This document shows positions 1 to 13,069 of a DNA stretch of 64,000 nucleotides, one piece after another (within the stretch, counting starts at the first letter, position 1; the number at the start of each line of letters is the position of its first letter). The stretch spans positions 18,747-82,746 of the forward strand of contig MCFE01000392.1 of the NCBI GenBank assembly GCA_002104905.1. The letters are read 5' to 3'. The notes beneath the pieces were generated by a model. That model made no database searches, was not told the DNA's origin, and saw nothing but the letters and a program-made list of their open reading frames with translations. A program made the position numbers and the translations under genes. Source of the DNA: Basidiobolus meristosporus CBS 931.73 (Eukaryota; Fungi; Basidiobolomycota).

Positions 1-2326
1 AATCTAGAAGCAAATCTACCTAAAGAAACAATGATGTGAAATGTAGTAAGAGGAATAGAAGTTAAGCCCAAAGTAACAGCAGCAGAGGTCTAGATATTTT
101 AAGAGAAGGATTGAAAACTTGTCTAAGCAATATGTATCAATATGCAAGATTCCTTCATTGGGCAAGTCCATGCTGCTGATGCAGCCAAAGCGGCATGGAG
201 ATCCCTAGAGAAGATCTCCAGAGCAAAGTTGGTGTCAAGCAACCCTTATTTATAAAGAAAACTCTTCTAGGTGAGGAAGAAGCCAGAGGATGACATGCCT
301 CAGCTGATTATCAGAATGAAGATAATTGCAGAAGAGTTTTACAGCTTTGATGTGGGTATAGATGTTGAAGTAAATGATAGCTGTCTGCATTGCAAATAAG
401 AAAAATATGTGCCACTCATACTTTCTTTTGAAAGCAGAGAAAACAATCTGACACAGACTCTATCATAAGAAGACTACTCTGTGAAGAGATCAGACATAGT
501 GACCAAGCACAGAAAGATGAAGATAATGCTTTATTCAGAGCAGAATGACACATAGAAGGAGGGAAAGCAATACAGCCACAGAGAACATGGCTGCTGTAAC
601 TACTGCAAGTAGCTAGGACACAGGGCAAGGAAATGCAAGAAAAACAAGCACACAAAAAACCAAAATAGAGCATACAAGCAATATAACCACAGATGAACAG
701 TTATTTGAGACTGCACAAGAGTGCGCAAGTAACAACAATAATGAAAATACATTGACTCTGAAGCAGCACATCATATTTGTGGTACCAGGGGGTGGTTCAG
801 CAGCTTGAAGACTATTTGTCAAAGAAAGCCTCATTGGAGATACAACACTTTACTAGAAGCCACTGCCAGTAGGCATTGGCAGTTAAAAACAAGTGATATT
901 ACAGGGGTACAGCAGCAAGACTGATCAATGTACTCTATATTCCTGCAATAGCTAAGAACTGACTCTCAGTGGGTAAAGCAAATACTCAGGGGCTGAGATT
1001 TGCTTTTACCCAGCAGATCTGCTTAATAATGAGTGATAATGGTCAATAATTTACTTTTGGAATCACAAACTGTAAAAGTGATAATGCAAGAACATTATAC
1101 CTGTGGATGTCAACATTGCTGAAACTGATGAAGCTAAATGTGGGTTATACCATCAAAGGCTAGGAAAGAATGGGGAACACAAAATGAGCCAACTGGTGAA
1201 AATTAAATAATTTTTTGACTTGACTACTCCATTCTAATCCTACTGAATGTCTGGAAGGGATCCTCATATGGCAAACAAGCTAAGCAAGGTTTTAAGAGCT
1301 CAGGAGGCACTAATACTGCAAGAATATTGCCTTGTGTATACTGAGATATATGTAGGCCCTATTGAAATAATAAAGAGTAATATTGGAAGTGAAATGGTGA
1401 ATTAGTAGATTGGCATGAAATTCACTTGGTGAATCATTGAGTTGTAACAGAGTATTAATACTTATTGCAGAACTAGTCAAGTGCAACTCTATGTGCATTA
1501 TTAGGGGAGACTCAGGAGTAGATGGGCCAAGTTTTAGCTCATTAATACAAGTAACAAATTCTCCTCAAATTATGTACTTCACTAACTTCTGATAATTTGC
1601 TGATATCTTACAAATCAATTTCTCAGTTTATAATCTGAAATATGTCATTTAGCTAAGTGCTAGTTCATAATATACTAATTATTAGATAGACTCCTAATAC
1701 TTCAACAGGACCATGAGAACAATGTGCTTTGGAGCTAAGAGATATTACACAGCATATAGTGAAGACAGGACAAAATATACAAGGGTGTACTACATAAAGA
1801 CAAAGAATAAGGCACTAGATGAGCTCAAGCACTTCAAGTACATGGCAGAAATGCAAACTGGGTGTAAATTGAAAGCATTTTAGAGTAACTATGGAGAAAA
1901 AAAATGCTCCAAGGAATTTGCAAAATACTGTTCACCTACTGGTACATTTCAGCACACCACTGTACCATATACTCAACAGCAAAAAGGAGTAGGTGAACAT
2001 GCAAATAGGACTTGAGCAGAGAAGGGACAATGTATGCTACATACTATGCAAATGGGCAACATGTGTTGGGCTGATGCTGCTGCTACCACACTATTCAATG
2101 AGAATGGATGTCTCACAACAGTACCCCAAGATTTTGCGCCCTTTAAGGTGTATACAGGGAGAAACACAGACCTCCAGCACTTCAGGATCCTTGGTAGTGA
2201 CTTCTTCAATCAAATCCCTGACAAATGTACTCAGAGTTGGATCCAAAAAGTAGTAACAGGATCTTTCTTGGCTATTAGGAGGATTCTCAATATTACATAT
2301 TGTACAATGGTAAGTTTGGTAAAAGG
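1..2326 (+). mobile_element. Degenerate Ty1/copia family A relic (gag-protease-integrase), interrupted by a solo LTR
   Basis: Colinear nucleotide similarity to the near-intact element at 19020-20990 (e.g. 141-240 vs 19150-19260; 1710-1900 vs 20390-20570). Many stops and indels. No LTR in window. Ends at a junction with a G1 fragment near 2327. Confidence 0.85.
1360..1707. mobile_element. Solo LTR (348 bp) of a family not otherwise represented in the window
   Basis: Termini TATTGAA...TTCAACA (TG decayed to TA). Flanked by GGCCC/GGACC (5-bp TSD, 1 mismatch). Splits the integrase motif that reads tgtggccccatgag in the intact copy at ~20385. Confidence 0.8.
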
Positions 2327-3015
2327 CTACATAATGTAACTTGTTTTCTGGAGCAATCCCCTTAACCTTGAAAGCTTTTTCAATCTGGAAGAGCCAAGTT
2401 CCCAGGTTTTGATTGACTTTGCCATGGTATTGATTGACCTTCAAACCAAATTTGCTCTTGACAGGGTTTTGCTGGCTTTGGGCCATGGTAGTCATTCCTT
2501 GCTGTTGCTGGCTTGGATCTTGAGTAACTTTTGCTGTTGGGCCAGGATTTGCTGCATAGCATTCTTTCATTCATGATTTTTGGACATCTTAAGGGAGGCT
2601 TCTTCTTTCTTAAGGAAGGAGGTTTCTGATTATTGCTGCTACTAATGTTACAAGTCTTGGTATAAAAGTTGTAGAGGAATAAGGAGTTTAGCTAGTATTG
2701 TACTCACTAAAACTTGAGCTCACTTTTATTGAAGTTCCAGCAGCTTCTTATATACATTTTGCCAGATCAGCTGTTGACTAATTGTGCTTTCCCAATGTAG
2801 GTTATAGCTAATGACTCATTTGATTGCATGATCATCACCAAATAATATCTTACTCAACATATCTATTCCTGTCTGGTAATGATCTGCTGCTTCATTTGCT
2901 GACTAATGCTACTGATCTGATAGATGATACTGATATATTGATAGGCTATATATATATTAAATTGATTTGATTAATAACTAATCTAACTTAGACATTCAAG
3001 TAGCAGATCATAACA
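2327..3015 (-). mobile_element. Truncated Ty3/gypsy family G1 copy: 5' LTR (2646-3015), decayed PBS and start of gag
   Basis: Colinear with 16945-17629. LTR reads TGTTAC...ATAACA. ORFs 2091-2570 and 2380-2574 contain the gag N-terminus QQQQGMTTMAQSQQNPVKSKF seen in ORF 15712-17202. Confidence 0.85.
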
Positions 3016-4133
3016 CATATGCCAAGAAACTGATCAGAATTCAGCCAAAACTCAAGCCAAAAAGTGTAAAATGCTTTTTTTAGGCTATTGTAAAGTGAGT
3101 AAAGCAAACATACTGTACAATGCCAGAGCAAAGAAGCTTCTCAAGTCTAGGGATGTGTTATTTGATAAAAACTCAAAATTTTCACACAAAATGAAATTAG
3201 ATGATAATCAAAATTTGATTGCAAGTCATCCAGTGGTCATGATTGAATCAGAGCAAATCAATAAAGTTGTCTATACTTTGAGGGAACTTACAATTGTGGC
3301 TCAGCCTGAATCAGTGTCCAAAGTATCCCAGCAGTGCTCATTCCAGTATTACAATTCAGGCAATCCAACAAGACCAGAAAGAGCCCATATTATTACATTA
3401 ATCAGGCTAGAAACTTAATATATGCCAATTCAGTTTGTATTGATGAGCCCCAGACGGCAAAAGAGGCCATAAATAGCCTTCAGAGAAAATATTGAAGATC
3501 TGCAATGACTGGGGATTCTCAGGTCCTGATAGAGAATCAAAGTTGGGACTTGGTCAAGTTACCAATCAACTAAGTATTATATGGATGCCAATGGGTCTTC
3601 AGGACAAAATGTGAGTACTAAATGTACTACACATTCTTTGCCCAAGAGTTCTCCCCAGAGTCCTACCCAAAGTCCCCCAGTATCCTCCCTATGATTCGCC
3701 TACATATCCTCCCTCCTATTCCTGCCCTTATCTAGTTAGAACACTTACCATAACAGGAAGGTACTCACACCCCTATTTTATAACACATTATCTATCATCT
3801 AAGCCCCCCCAAGTGATATATATATACCTATCCAACTGAACCAAGTGAAGGGACAAGAGGATTTGGATGGAATAAACACAAGTCTTTATTACCTTGCTAC
3901 CTTGTATTGGAAGCTATTCTAAACCAAGTGGTACTGACTTGACCTACAAGCTCTCCTGCTCACCAAGTACAGTCAGTAACAACTCACACAAAATACAAGG
4001 CTGATGGTAAAACCATGAGATACAAGGCAAGACTTGTGGTCAAAGGGTACTCTCAAACAAATGGATATTACAATGCTGAGATCTTTGCACTGGTCACCAA
4101 GTTTAATTCTACTAGATGATTATTGGCTGTTTC
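3016..4133 (+). mobile_element. Degenerate Ty1/copia family C-like fragment (integrase C-terminus to RT start)
   Basis: ORF 3071-3418 (FLGYCKVSKANILYNARAKKLLKSRDVLFD) matches ORF 58236-59450. Nucleotide colinearity continues to 4133. Confidence 0.8.
3610..3988. mobile_element. Solo LTR (379 bp) of an otherwise unrepresented family
   Basis: 7-bp inverted termini TGTGAGT...ACTCACA. Perfect 5-bp TSD CAAAA (3605-3609, 3989-3993). Splits the copia RT motif WVFKTKYKA. Confidence 0.85.
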
Positions 4134-7100
4134 TGTCATGATTACATGGCATCCTTGGCCGTTCATGATTTGAAAAATTAAGTCAGTGAAGAAATCCTAG
4201 TTCCTACTAGAAAGTTTTACTACATTCTAGCTACTTCTGGAAAGCTCCAAGTCAATATTACCCAATGGAGCATTCTATGGAAGCTTCCCTTTGGAATTCA
4301 TGTAGCCCAATACCATATATGGTAATTTCATATCATGGGACTTATTTATATGATCAGCTGACTCTTGGCATATCCCCATATGGTGCTCTAGTTTGTTTCT
4401 TATTATATTTCTATCTTGGCACACTGACTGTGCCTCACCCCAGAAACCCATCAGTATTAGCCAATAACTCTTGGCATCCATATTGCCAAAAAGTGTATGT
4501 AGTTCTATCTCCCTGTATGTATTCCTCAGTCTGATAAGCATAGGTCCTGAATAAATAGCCCTGCCTAGGAAACACACCTTGCCTTGTTGATCCACACCTA
4601 AATCCTTTCCTGGTTCTGCCTTGCCAAGCTCTGCTCTCCTATCTTGTGTCTGTTCATAGCAGTTTTATCAGACTCCTCTTGACTTGCCTTTAGATCTCTG
4701 CCTTCTACCCACAGTTCTTGAGAAGAACTTGTAAAGGAATACCAACCATAAGTATCACCCTGCATCTTTCCATAGTCTTATCCTCAAAAGGCAAATATAA
4801 TTTGTCTTTGTAAAATTATTGGCCAATGCTGCATTCACTATATTACACTGCTGGTGTAGTAACAGTAGTAACAGTGTTGGAAGCTTTAGTACAATACCCT
4901 ATCAAAGGATGTTCAAGCAAGTACCATCTGAAGTGATGCTAACTTATTCAAAGTTGGGGATTGTAACTCAATAATTATATTCTTAACAAACTAGTGGCTT
5001 TATAACCCACATATTAGCTAGTAGTATTCAGTATTCCTGAGCAAGATATACTCCACTACTAAGTTCAGTGGCTCCTAAAATGAATTCTGAGGTTTCATCA
5101 ACATAGTCAAACACTACTTGTAACTATAGCCTAATTGGTACTTAACAGATCAAGCAAAAGTTGGTTGTATCTCTGGCCTGTTCACTGGATTCACCCAGAT
5201 ATAGTTCTCCCTTTTGGCAGCAACCAACTCCCCTCTACTCAATGACTACCATACCCTCCTTACAGAAATGGAGCTGACATTTGGCAACATTGATCAAGCC
5301 AGAGCTGCTGTCAACAACATCAAGAACTTGAAGCAAGGAATCAGACCTGATCAGCCTATCCTCTGAATTCTGGCCACTAGCCAGTGATTTGGGTCTTTGG
5401 GGTGATGCTACCCTAATTGGTCAGTGTCAAGATGGACTCAATGATGCAGTCAGTGACCAACTACTAACACTCCTGGACCCAACTACCTTGGGTGAAGCAT
5501 ACATCAAGTAATTTAGGGTAGGGTGACCATGTGACAATTGCCTTTTCCAGAAGAAACAGAAGTTCAGACATACTTATCAGCCAACCTCCTTCCCGGTAAT
5601 CCAGTCACCTGGTACAAAGCTTAATGATCCTATGAAAAATGACAGTGCCAAATACAAGAAAACTACAAAAGAAGAAAGATCTAGATGTCAACAGGAAACC
5701 TCTGCCTTTACTGTGGCCAATCAGGCCACTTTGCCAAGTCTAGTTCCAGCCAGAAGTCCAGCTACAAACTCATACAATCATCCAGTGAACAGCCTTCTCC
5801 AGAGTTGTTGGGAAGCTCCAGTGTCCGGATACAATGACAGGCTTGTAATTGGACCCTCCCATGAAAATTTAACATAGTTAAGAAGCATCATATGCTACAG
5901 AGTCCATCAGACCTGAAGAATGCCTGTCAACATCCATATCCCTGAATCCAGTCCTGTCCATATCCTTGCACTCATAAATTCTGGTGCTTCCTCCTATTTC
6001 ATTGACCAGTCCTTTGGCCAGAAGTACAACATCCCTACTATCCGGAAGTCCTGTCCTGTTCAAGTAGAAGTCATTGATGGAAAATACCTCTCTATTGGTG
6101 CTGTTACCCATGGGATATGTTTACTTGAGCTATCCAGTACTGGTCACCATGAGACACTAGCCTTCATCATCAACTTTCCCCATTACCCCATAGTTCTTGG
6201 AAGCTCATGGCTTAGTTACCATAGCCCAGCTATCAACCGGTAGTCCAAAACCCTGACATTCCCCAGAGTCCATCATGTCAGCTCTGTGAAAGCACCTGAC
6301 TTATCAGGTGAAGAAGTATCTTTTCCCAAGCTACCCCAGACCCAAGAGCCCATCATCACTGAAGAAACCCCCTCCATGTGTTTGATAAGAAGAAAGCAGA
6401 ATTACTCCTGGTGCCTAGATGCCATAATTGTCCCATTGACCTTCAAAATCAAAAAACCCCACCTTTTGGCCCTCTCTACAGCCTCTCACTGCCTGAGTTG
6501 AAAGAACTCCATTACAATACCAAAGAAAACCTCCAGACAGGCTTTATTCAGCTCTCCAAGTCCCCAGCTGGTGCCCCAATCCACTTTGTCAAAAAAGAGT
6601 ATGGCACCCTAGAATGTATGTAGACTATTGTGCACTGAATAAGATTACTTCAAGAGCTGCTACCCTTTGCCCCCAATCAACACCCTGCTGTATCAACTCT
6701 CTGCTGCAAAAGTATTTACCATAATTGATCTCAGAGGAGCTTATAACCTTGTCAGGATCAAGCGTGGTGATGAATGTATAACTCCTTCTTTTGTGCCCCC
6801 TGCTTGCTCACCCTGACCTTGAGGAACCTTTCATCATACAAACTAATGCCTCCAACTTTGCCCTTGGTACCATCCTTTCCCAGTATGATGACAAGAATGT
6901 GCTACAACCCATTGTATTTTACTTTTGAGAATTTACTCCATCTGAAGTAAACTATGATATCTATGACAAGAAACTACTTATAATCATTGATGCTTTTAAA
7001 TAATGAAGACACTACCTTGTTTGTTCATCCCAAAAGATAAAGATCTTGTATGACCACCAGAACCTTGAGTACTTTACCACCTGAAAAGTACTAAACCAGA

Positions 7101-7737
7101 GACAAGCCAAATGGTCCCTCTTCCTGTCTAGCTTTGACTTTGCCATCACCTATAGACCAGGGGTGAAACAACAAAACCTGATGCTCTCTCCAGAACGGCA
7201 GAGTAATCCCTCAAAGTAGGAGATGATGCCTGTAGGCAAATGAAATACCCTGTACTCAACAAAATACACTTTGAGCTCCTTGCAATCCAGTCCTCCAGTA
7301 TTCTAGCTCCTGTACTCCTTAAGAAAGTCAGGACCAGCCAAGCCACCAACTCCATAGCAGCAACAATCAAGAAATATTTCAAGTCTCCCACTGACCCAGC
7401 ACCCAAGTTCACAAACCTCCAGTACCTACATCTAGTCAATAACATCATCTATCACAAGCACCAACTATTTATCCTATACCTTGATACCCAGTTGGATATC
7501 ATCCATTCTTGCCATGATTCAATGGCTGCAGGACATCTTGGTACTGCCAAGACCATGAATGCAATTAAGAGACTTCTGGTGGTGCAAGATGATATCCCTT
7601 GTCAAGGAGTACATCTAATCCTGTGATACATGTAATTGTGCAAAATCAGCCAGACACCAGCCATATGGCCTTCTTCAACCCTTGTCAATCCCTGACCAGC
7701 AATGGCAGTAAATCTCAATGGACTTCATCACTTATAA
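4134..7737 (+). mobile_element. Degenerate Ty3/gypsy family G3 relic (Tf1/sushi-like): probable LTR 4134-5147, gag, protease, RT, RNase H, integrase start
   Basis: TGTCATG start with tentative TTAACA end at 5147. Retrotrans_gag-like remnant 5170-5520. Protease ORF 5920-6243 (LINSGASSYFID, D to N). RT start 6378-6623 (PFGPLYSLS...SPAGAPIHFVKK). RNase H remnant ~6830-7150. Integrase zinc-finger remnant CHDSMAAGHLG in ORF 7240-7626. Many stops and deletions. Confidence 0.75.
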
Positions 7738-7739
7738 TC

Positions 7740-10700
7740 AGAGAGCCTGAGGAGTCTGCATTATTACCTTCAATGGGCACACTGTCCACAGGGCCTTTTT
7801 TGGATGAAGCCCTGCTTTTTGTACTGAATGTCAAAGCAGACTATTGTCCAACTGTACTTCTGTTGCCATCAGCAGTGGGGTTTGGTTGAGGTCTAGACAA
7901 CTTTGCTTTATTTTTTAGTGGCACATATATGGAAGTGAATCAAATCAAAGGGGAAATAGCGTTACATATATGTGTGTATGTGGTGCCACAACTTTATTTG
8001 TAATGCTTACTATGGTAGGTCATCATTGAATCTTACAATCATGTAGGTTCAATGTCTCAAATTCAAGACTGTCTTTAATCCATATGAGTATTGACCAAGA
8101 GGTGATATGATAGCGTTACATTGTTGAAGGTCAAACTGTTTGCCCCATGGACAAGACTACTTTGACTCAGCGTTGTAAGAGAAGAGAAAAAAGACTATGT
8201 GGCTATTGTGGCAAACTTCTCAGCCATGAAGCACACAAACAGCATGGGAAGTATTACAAGGATCACAGCCAGTGTTTTGCCACCCAAGTCATGTTTGACC
8301 ATTAATTGAACACTACTGTACCAACATTATCTTGCCAGCCAGTTGATATATTTGTATTGGCACCTGACTGTATTTGTCACCTTGCGCAAACTGAGTCAGG
8401 TGAGTTTGTGATGCCTTTAGGCTCACCTCAGCCTTCTGGATATGGCACACATAGTGATAGCTCTGATAAAGAAGGTTCACTGATAGCTGTTGAGCCTATC
8501 TCCCCTAACAACAGTACCACATAAGAGCCTGGTCAAGTCCCTATATGCAATGAGACAACACCTGTTGAAACAAATGCCAAGGATACTTTATGGTGCCAAG
8601 TGAGCCCAGTAATCCATCTACTGGTGAATGATGTAATGTTGTGGCTAAAAAAGTGGCATGTCTCCACTAATATTAGTAATGGTGCTTTGAGGATTTATTA
8701 CTACTTGTTGCCATAATCATACTAGCATGCAACTTGCCATGTACATGGTACAAGTGGACAATCATCATGCGGTTGGCAACCTATGATCCCAAGACTGTCC
8801 TGATTCCAGCATGTGTTAACAGTTGAATGGCATTTGCATCCAAAAATGCTACCATTGCAACATGTCCAAATTGTCAGGAATCCACCACAATTGAGGGAAA
8901 ACATTGTTGACACTCCGGATATATTCTGGTCATATCCCATCTGAGGAAGCTGATGCAGTCCAACAAATATTGCAAAGCTATACGGTACCGCACCTAGTAT
9001 CAATCAAGCACAAACATATCCAGTATATTTGATGGCAAACATTACAAACAGCCAAGAAGTAAGGGCTACTATGAAGGTATGTATGACCATGACTTTGCTT
9101 TAGCACTTGATGAATTCTCATTGAACAAGCACTCAACCAGCAAATCTGGTTGGCCACCAATTCTCTTCAATATGAATCTGCCACCCATCTTACAATATCA
9201 GAGCAATAATTTGATGGTAGTCTCACTGGTATCTGGGCCTAAATCACCGTCCAACCTGGATAGCAACCTGAATCCATTGCTGGATAAATTCTGTATGCTT
9301 TCCAGCATGATAATGGTAAATGGCCATCATGTAAAAGCTGATATAATTATCTGCATTGGAGATACCACAGCCATCAGCAAGATAGCAGGTTTTTCTGGGC
9401 ACAATAGATGGTATTGCTTTCATATGTGTGAGATCCAGGGGATTTACTCCATAACTCACACACATTATTAGTACTCAAACACTGGCACTAAGAACATCAT
9501 TTTTCCACAGAGAGAACATACAGAAGTAAGCCTGCAAATGCAGCAAAGTTGGCAAGGTATAAGCCATTAGCTGGAGTATGGAATCAATTGGAGACCAGAG
9601 ATACTTAAGATAGAGGGTATCTGTTGGAGCAAAAGCTTTTCGCTAGGAGCAATGCATTTGCCTTTCAACAATATCCCTATACTGATGACCAAGTTGTGCA
9701 TGAGGCATTTCAAGCTAAATGAGCCCTTCAAGATACCGGAGAAATTTGTAAGAATTGGCAAGATATTACAGAGTATCTATTACCCTAAGTACTTCTCATG
9801 GGCTCCAATTAATATTCATATGCTTAGGTGACAATACAAATGCAAAGACTGGATGAACTGGATATGTATTTATTCAAATGGTGTTCTGAAGTCATTCCTT
9901 CCAAGAGTACATTGGAAGCATTGGGAGTAATATGTGGACATTGTAGGAATATATATCCAGAAGCGGATCACCAATGCCAACTTGACACATCTACAGTTGT
10001 TGTGTGAAGAGTTTGTGACAGGATTTGAGCTGCTATGTTACAAATATAAAGCAGAATGTGTAGATCTCTGCCATTACTGTAACTATTCTCTACTCCATCT
10101 TGCACAATGTGAGGAGTATATTGGGCCTTGCTTCACCTTTTGGGAGTTTCCTATCCAGTGGATGTGTGGGGAGATAGGAAGACAAGTCAAGTTGCAAGTA
10201 CTACCATATCCCAATCTCATCAAGAATATTACCTTCAAGTCTGTCATTGATGTGATGAGTTGGCACATGGTGAACAGCCAGAAAGGGCTCAAAAATACTG
10301 AGGACAAATGTGCACATGGAGACACCCATGCCTATGGCATTAAGAAGCTGAGCAGTCCCAATGTGTGGGTAATCAGTTAAGTAATGCAAAGTTAGGTTGG
10401 GTGCAACAAGCAACTAAATAATATCAGGAAAACTCTACCAAGGTATGCCAGATTTCTCATGGTCACAAGCCAGCTTCTACACCATTCAATACAGAATTCA
10501 CACAAACAAAAGCCAGAATGCACCTACAGGGGGGATTAGAAGCCAGCAGGGAGATAGAATATATTGGCTAAATACCAAGAAGTTCTTTGCTGATATTCAG
10601 GAGGTATTCACGGCAGAGGTGGCAACAACTGAGCATATGTTTACAAGATGTATATGTTACCAGCAGTAAAAGGTATATGGCAACTTTGCAAGTATCACAC

Positions 10701-11290
10701 TCAAAAGCCATAAAGTTGAGGTGATAAAAGTGTGTCAATTGCGGCAGGTGTGTGTGTTTGAAAGGTCAGTAAGCAGGAGGCCATAGTTTTTTTGATTCAA
10801 ACTATGTATGGAATACCCAAGGTAGTAGTGGGTAAGCAAATAAAGAGGGGTGATTCTACAGTGGAATATATGATTGCACAAGGGGAGGTAGAAGAAGGAA
10901 ATACCATTTGGTATGCTGGTATGGTAGCATTATACAGAACCAGCAGTAGGCCATCATACCGCCAATATAATACCATCAGAGTCTTGCTGTAAGGCCTTCA
11001 AAATACCGTCAAGTTTCTTGCCACATAAGGCAGTTGGATGTCCTTGCCAACTGGATCCACATAAAATAGTAATAGAGCGCAGAAAGACCGCAACAATACC
11101 ATGCAAATATTGTCAAGTTTTATCCCTGTATTTGGTTGTAAAGTTAGTGAAACACTATTATGATCCCATCATAAGATTGTTAAGAGGGTCACTAATTCCA
11201 TGCTGCTGTAATTATGATGGTCTCTAAACAGGAATTCAATGGCTGATACAGATTGCATTTACCCACAGGACCAAATTATTTTTCATAGGG
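7740..11290 (+). mobile_element. CMC/EnSpm (CACTA-superfamily) DNA transposon, 5'-truncated copy alpha, right terminus ...TTTTCATAGGG at 11290
   Basis: Transposase remnants (next feature). Homology with the minus-strand copy at 24944-28400 stops exactly at ggaccaaattatttttcataggg in both copies, which defines the terminus. Left boundary approximate. Confidence 0.8.
8150..10730 (+). pseudogene. Transposase_21/TnpD-like transposase pseudogene with DUF4218-like region
   Basis: Motifs: Cys-rich N-terminus, CVNS...C..C, GWPPILFNMNLPP...GPKSPSNLDS.L.PLLD (ORF 9079-9471), LLHLAQC..YIGPCFTFWEFP..WMCG (ORF 9934-10380). These resemble fungal EnSpm transposases. Multiple stops and frameshifts. Limits approximate. 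Confidence 0.75.
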
Positions 11291-12690
11291 AGGTATATAA
11301 CAAGACAAATATTCAAGTCCAGAATGTGCTGAGAGTGAGGGGATTTGCAGAGGAAGCTGTGTGCAATGAATGCCTTGCACAATTTGCACAGTACAGGCTG
11401 GATGTATCTGGTTTGTGCCTTAACTTAGGGAGCCAAAGAGATTTTGAATATGTTTTATCTCAAATGACTAATGTAATAAATGTTATATTAGTGGAGCTAA
11501 GTGGCTTCTGAGAGCAATACACACAGGACTCATTAAGGCAACAGTTCCAAAGTATTGGACAGACAGTAAGTGAACACCTTGAGGAATCGAAAGGTGAGCT
11601 TCAGGAGGACGCATACTGACCGCAAGCAACTGTGTTAAGATTGCACCAGAATGCCTTGCCGGATTCCTTACCATCCCCTGCAATGTTGGCATGCCAGTGC
11701 ATGTCAGTACTACCTATGCCAACACCCTTCACAAGTGTGCCCTGCATCAAGTCAGTGCACATCACTTTAACATGAATGCTTCAGAACAAAATTACCAGAA
11801 CTCACCTTACTGCTCATGTAGACACAATTCCATTGGAGTAGGCAAAGTTGCATCAACATGTAACAGCACATCAAGCTCAGCCAAGGGCTATACCAAAACA
11901 TCAGGTTGCAACTGTGCATACAAATACACCTGAGCATCAGCAAGTTACTTGTGGTGAACTGACTGACAATCACCCACAGGAAGTGCCTCCACCACCAGAA
12001 CCTTTGGCAAGTAAAGAACACATCAGCACATGGTACTTCATGTGGGTTCTGCTATATCATCTGGAGCAATTCAGTGCAGCCAAGCCCCAGCATTACACTC
12101 ATCACTTAGGAAGCAAAATACTGACTGCAAGTACACAAGTAGCCAAGAGGATAGTCAACAAGGAAGTAGTTCAGGTGTGCAAAGTGAATAACTACTAAAC
12201 ACCTCAGTGGTAATCCCTGTGAGAAAAAAACCTAGGAGAAGATAATGCAATTGCATTAAATTGGTACCATTTGTCATGATCCAAATAATGCATTTTTGGA
12301 ATCCATATTGAGCCATCACAAATCAGTGATCATTAGATTTTTGATATAAGTTATATCAAGATGATCTCACATTTACAACGGAGCCCCTATGATAGACTCA
12401 CTGCATATGAATACATCATCTGTAACACCAGTGCAGCTATATGATCTGATTTGCACTTGCACAATTGGTTGCATGCTTGCTATGATGCCATATCCAATTG
12501 CTAACATGAGGGACTTACTTGCTCAATGAGCAAAATGGGATATTTGATGGCAAATCAGGTAGCTTGTGTATTAGTCAATAAGCCAATTGGTGGCTAAGAG
12601 CTTCAGGATACCTTAGACCAATCAGCCATTGACATTCCATCCAATTAGAGGGATGATAACCAAAATGGTAAGTAACAGTGTAGTTGATAG

Positions 12691-13059
12691 TGTTACAAGT
12701 CTTGGCATAAAAGTTGTAGAGAAGTAGGGAGTTTAGCTAGTATTGTATTCACTAAAACTTGAACTGATTTTTATTGAGGTTCCAGCAGCTCCTTATATAC
12801 ATTTTGCCAAATCAATTGCTGACTAATTGTATTTCCTAATGTAGGTTGTGGCTGATGACTCATTTGATTGCATCATCATCACCCAATAAGATCCTACTTA
12901 ATATATCTATTTCTGTCTGATAAGGATCTGCTGATTCATTTGCTGACTAATGCTACTGATTTCATAGATAATACTGATATACTGATAACCTAAACATATA
13001 CTAATTGATTTTGACTAAAAACTGATCTAACTTAAACATTCAAGCGGCAGATCATAACA
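12691..13059 (-). repeat. G1 3' LTR
   Basis: TGTTAC...ATAACA. Near-identical to 17261-17629. Abuts polypurine tract (reverse complement of ttctccccta, 13060-13069). Confidence 0.95.
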
Positions 13060-13069
13060 TTCTCCCCTA

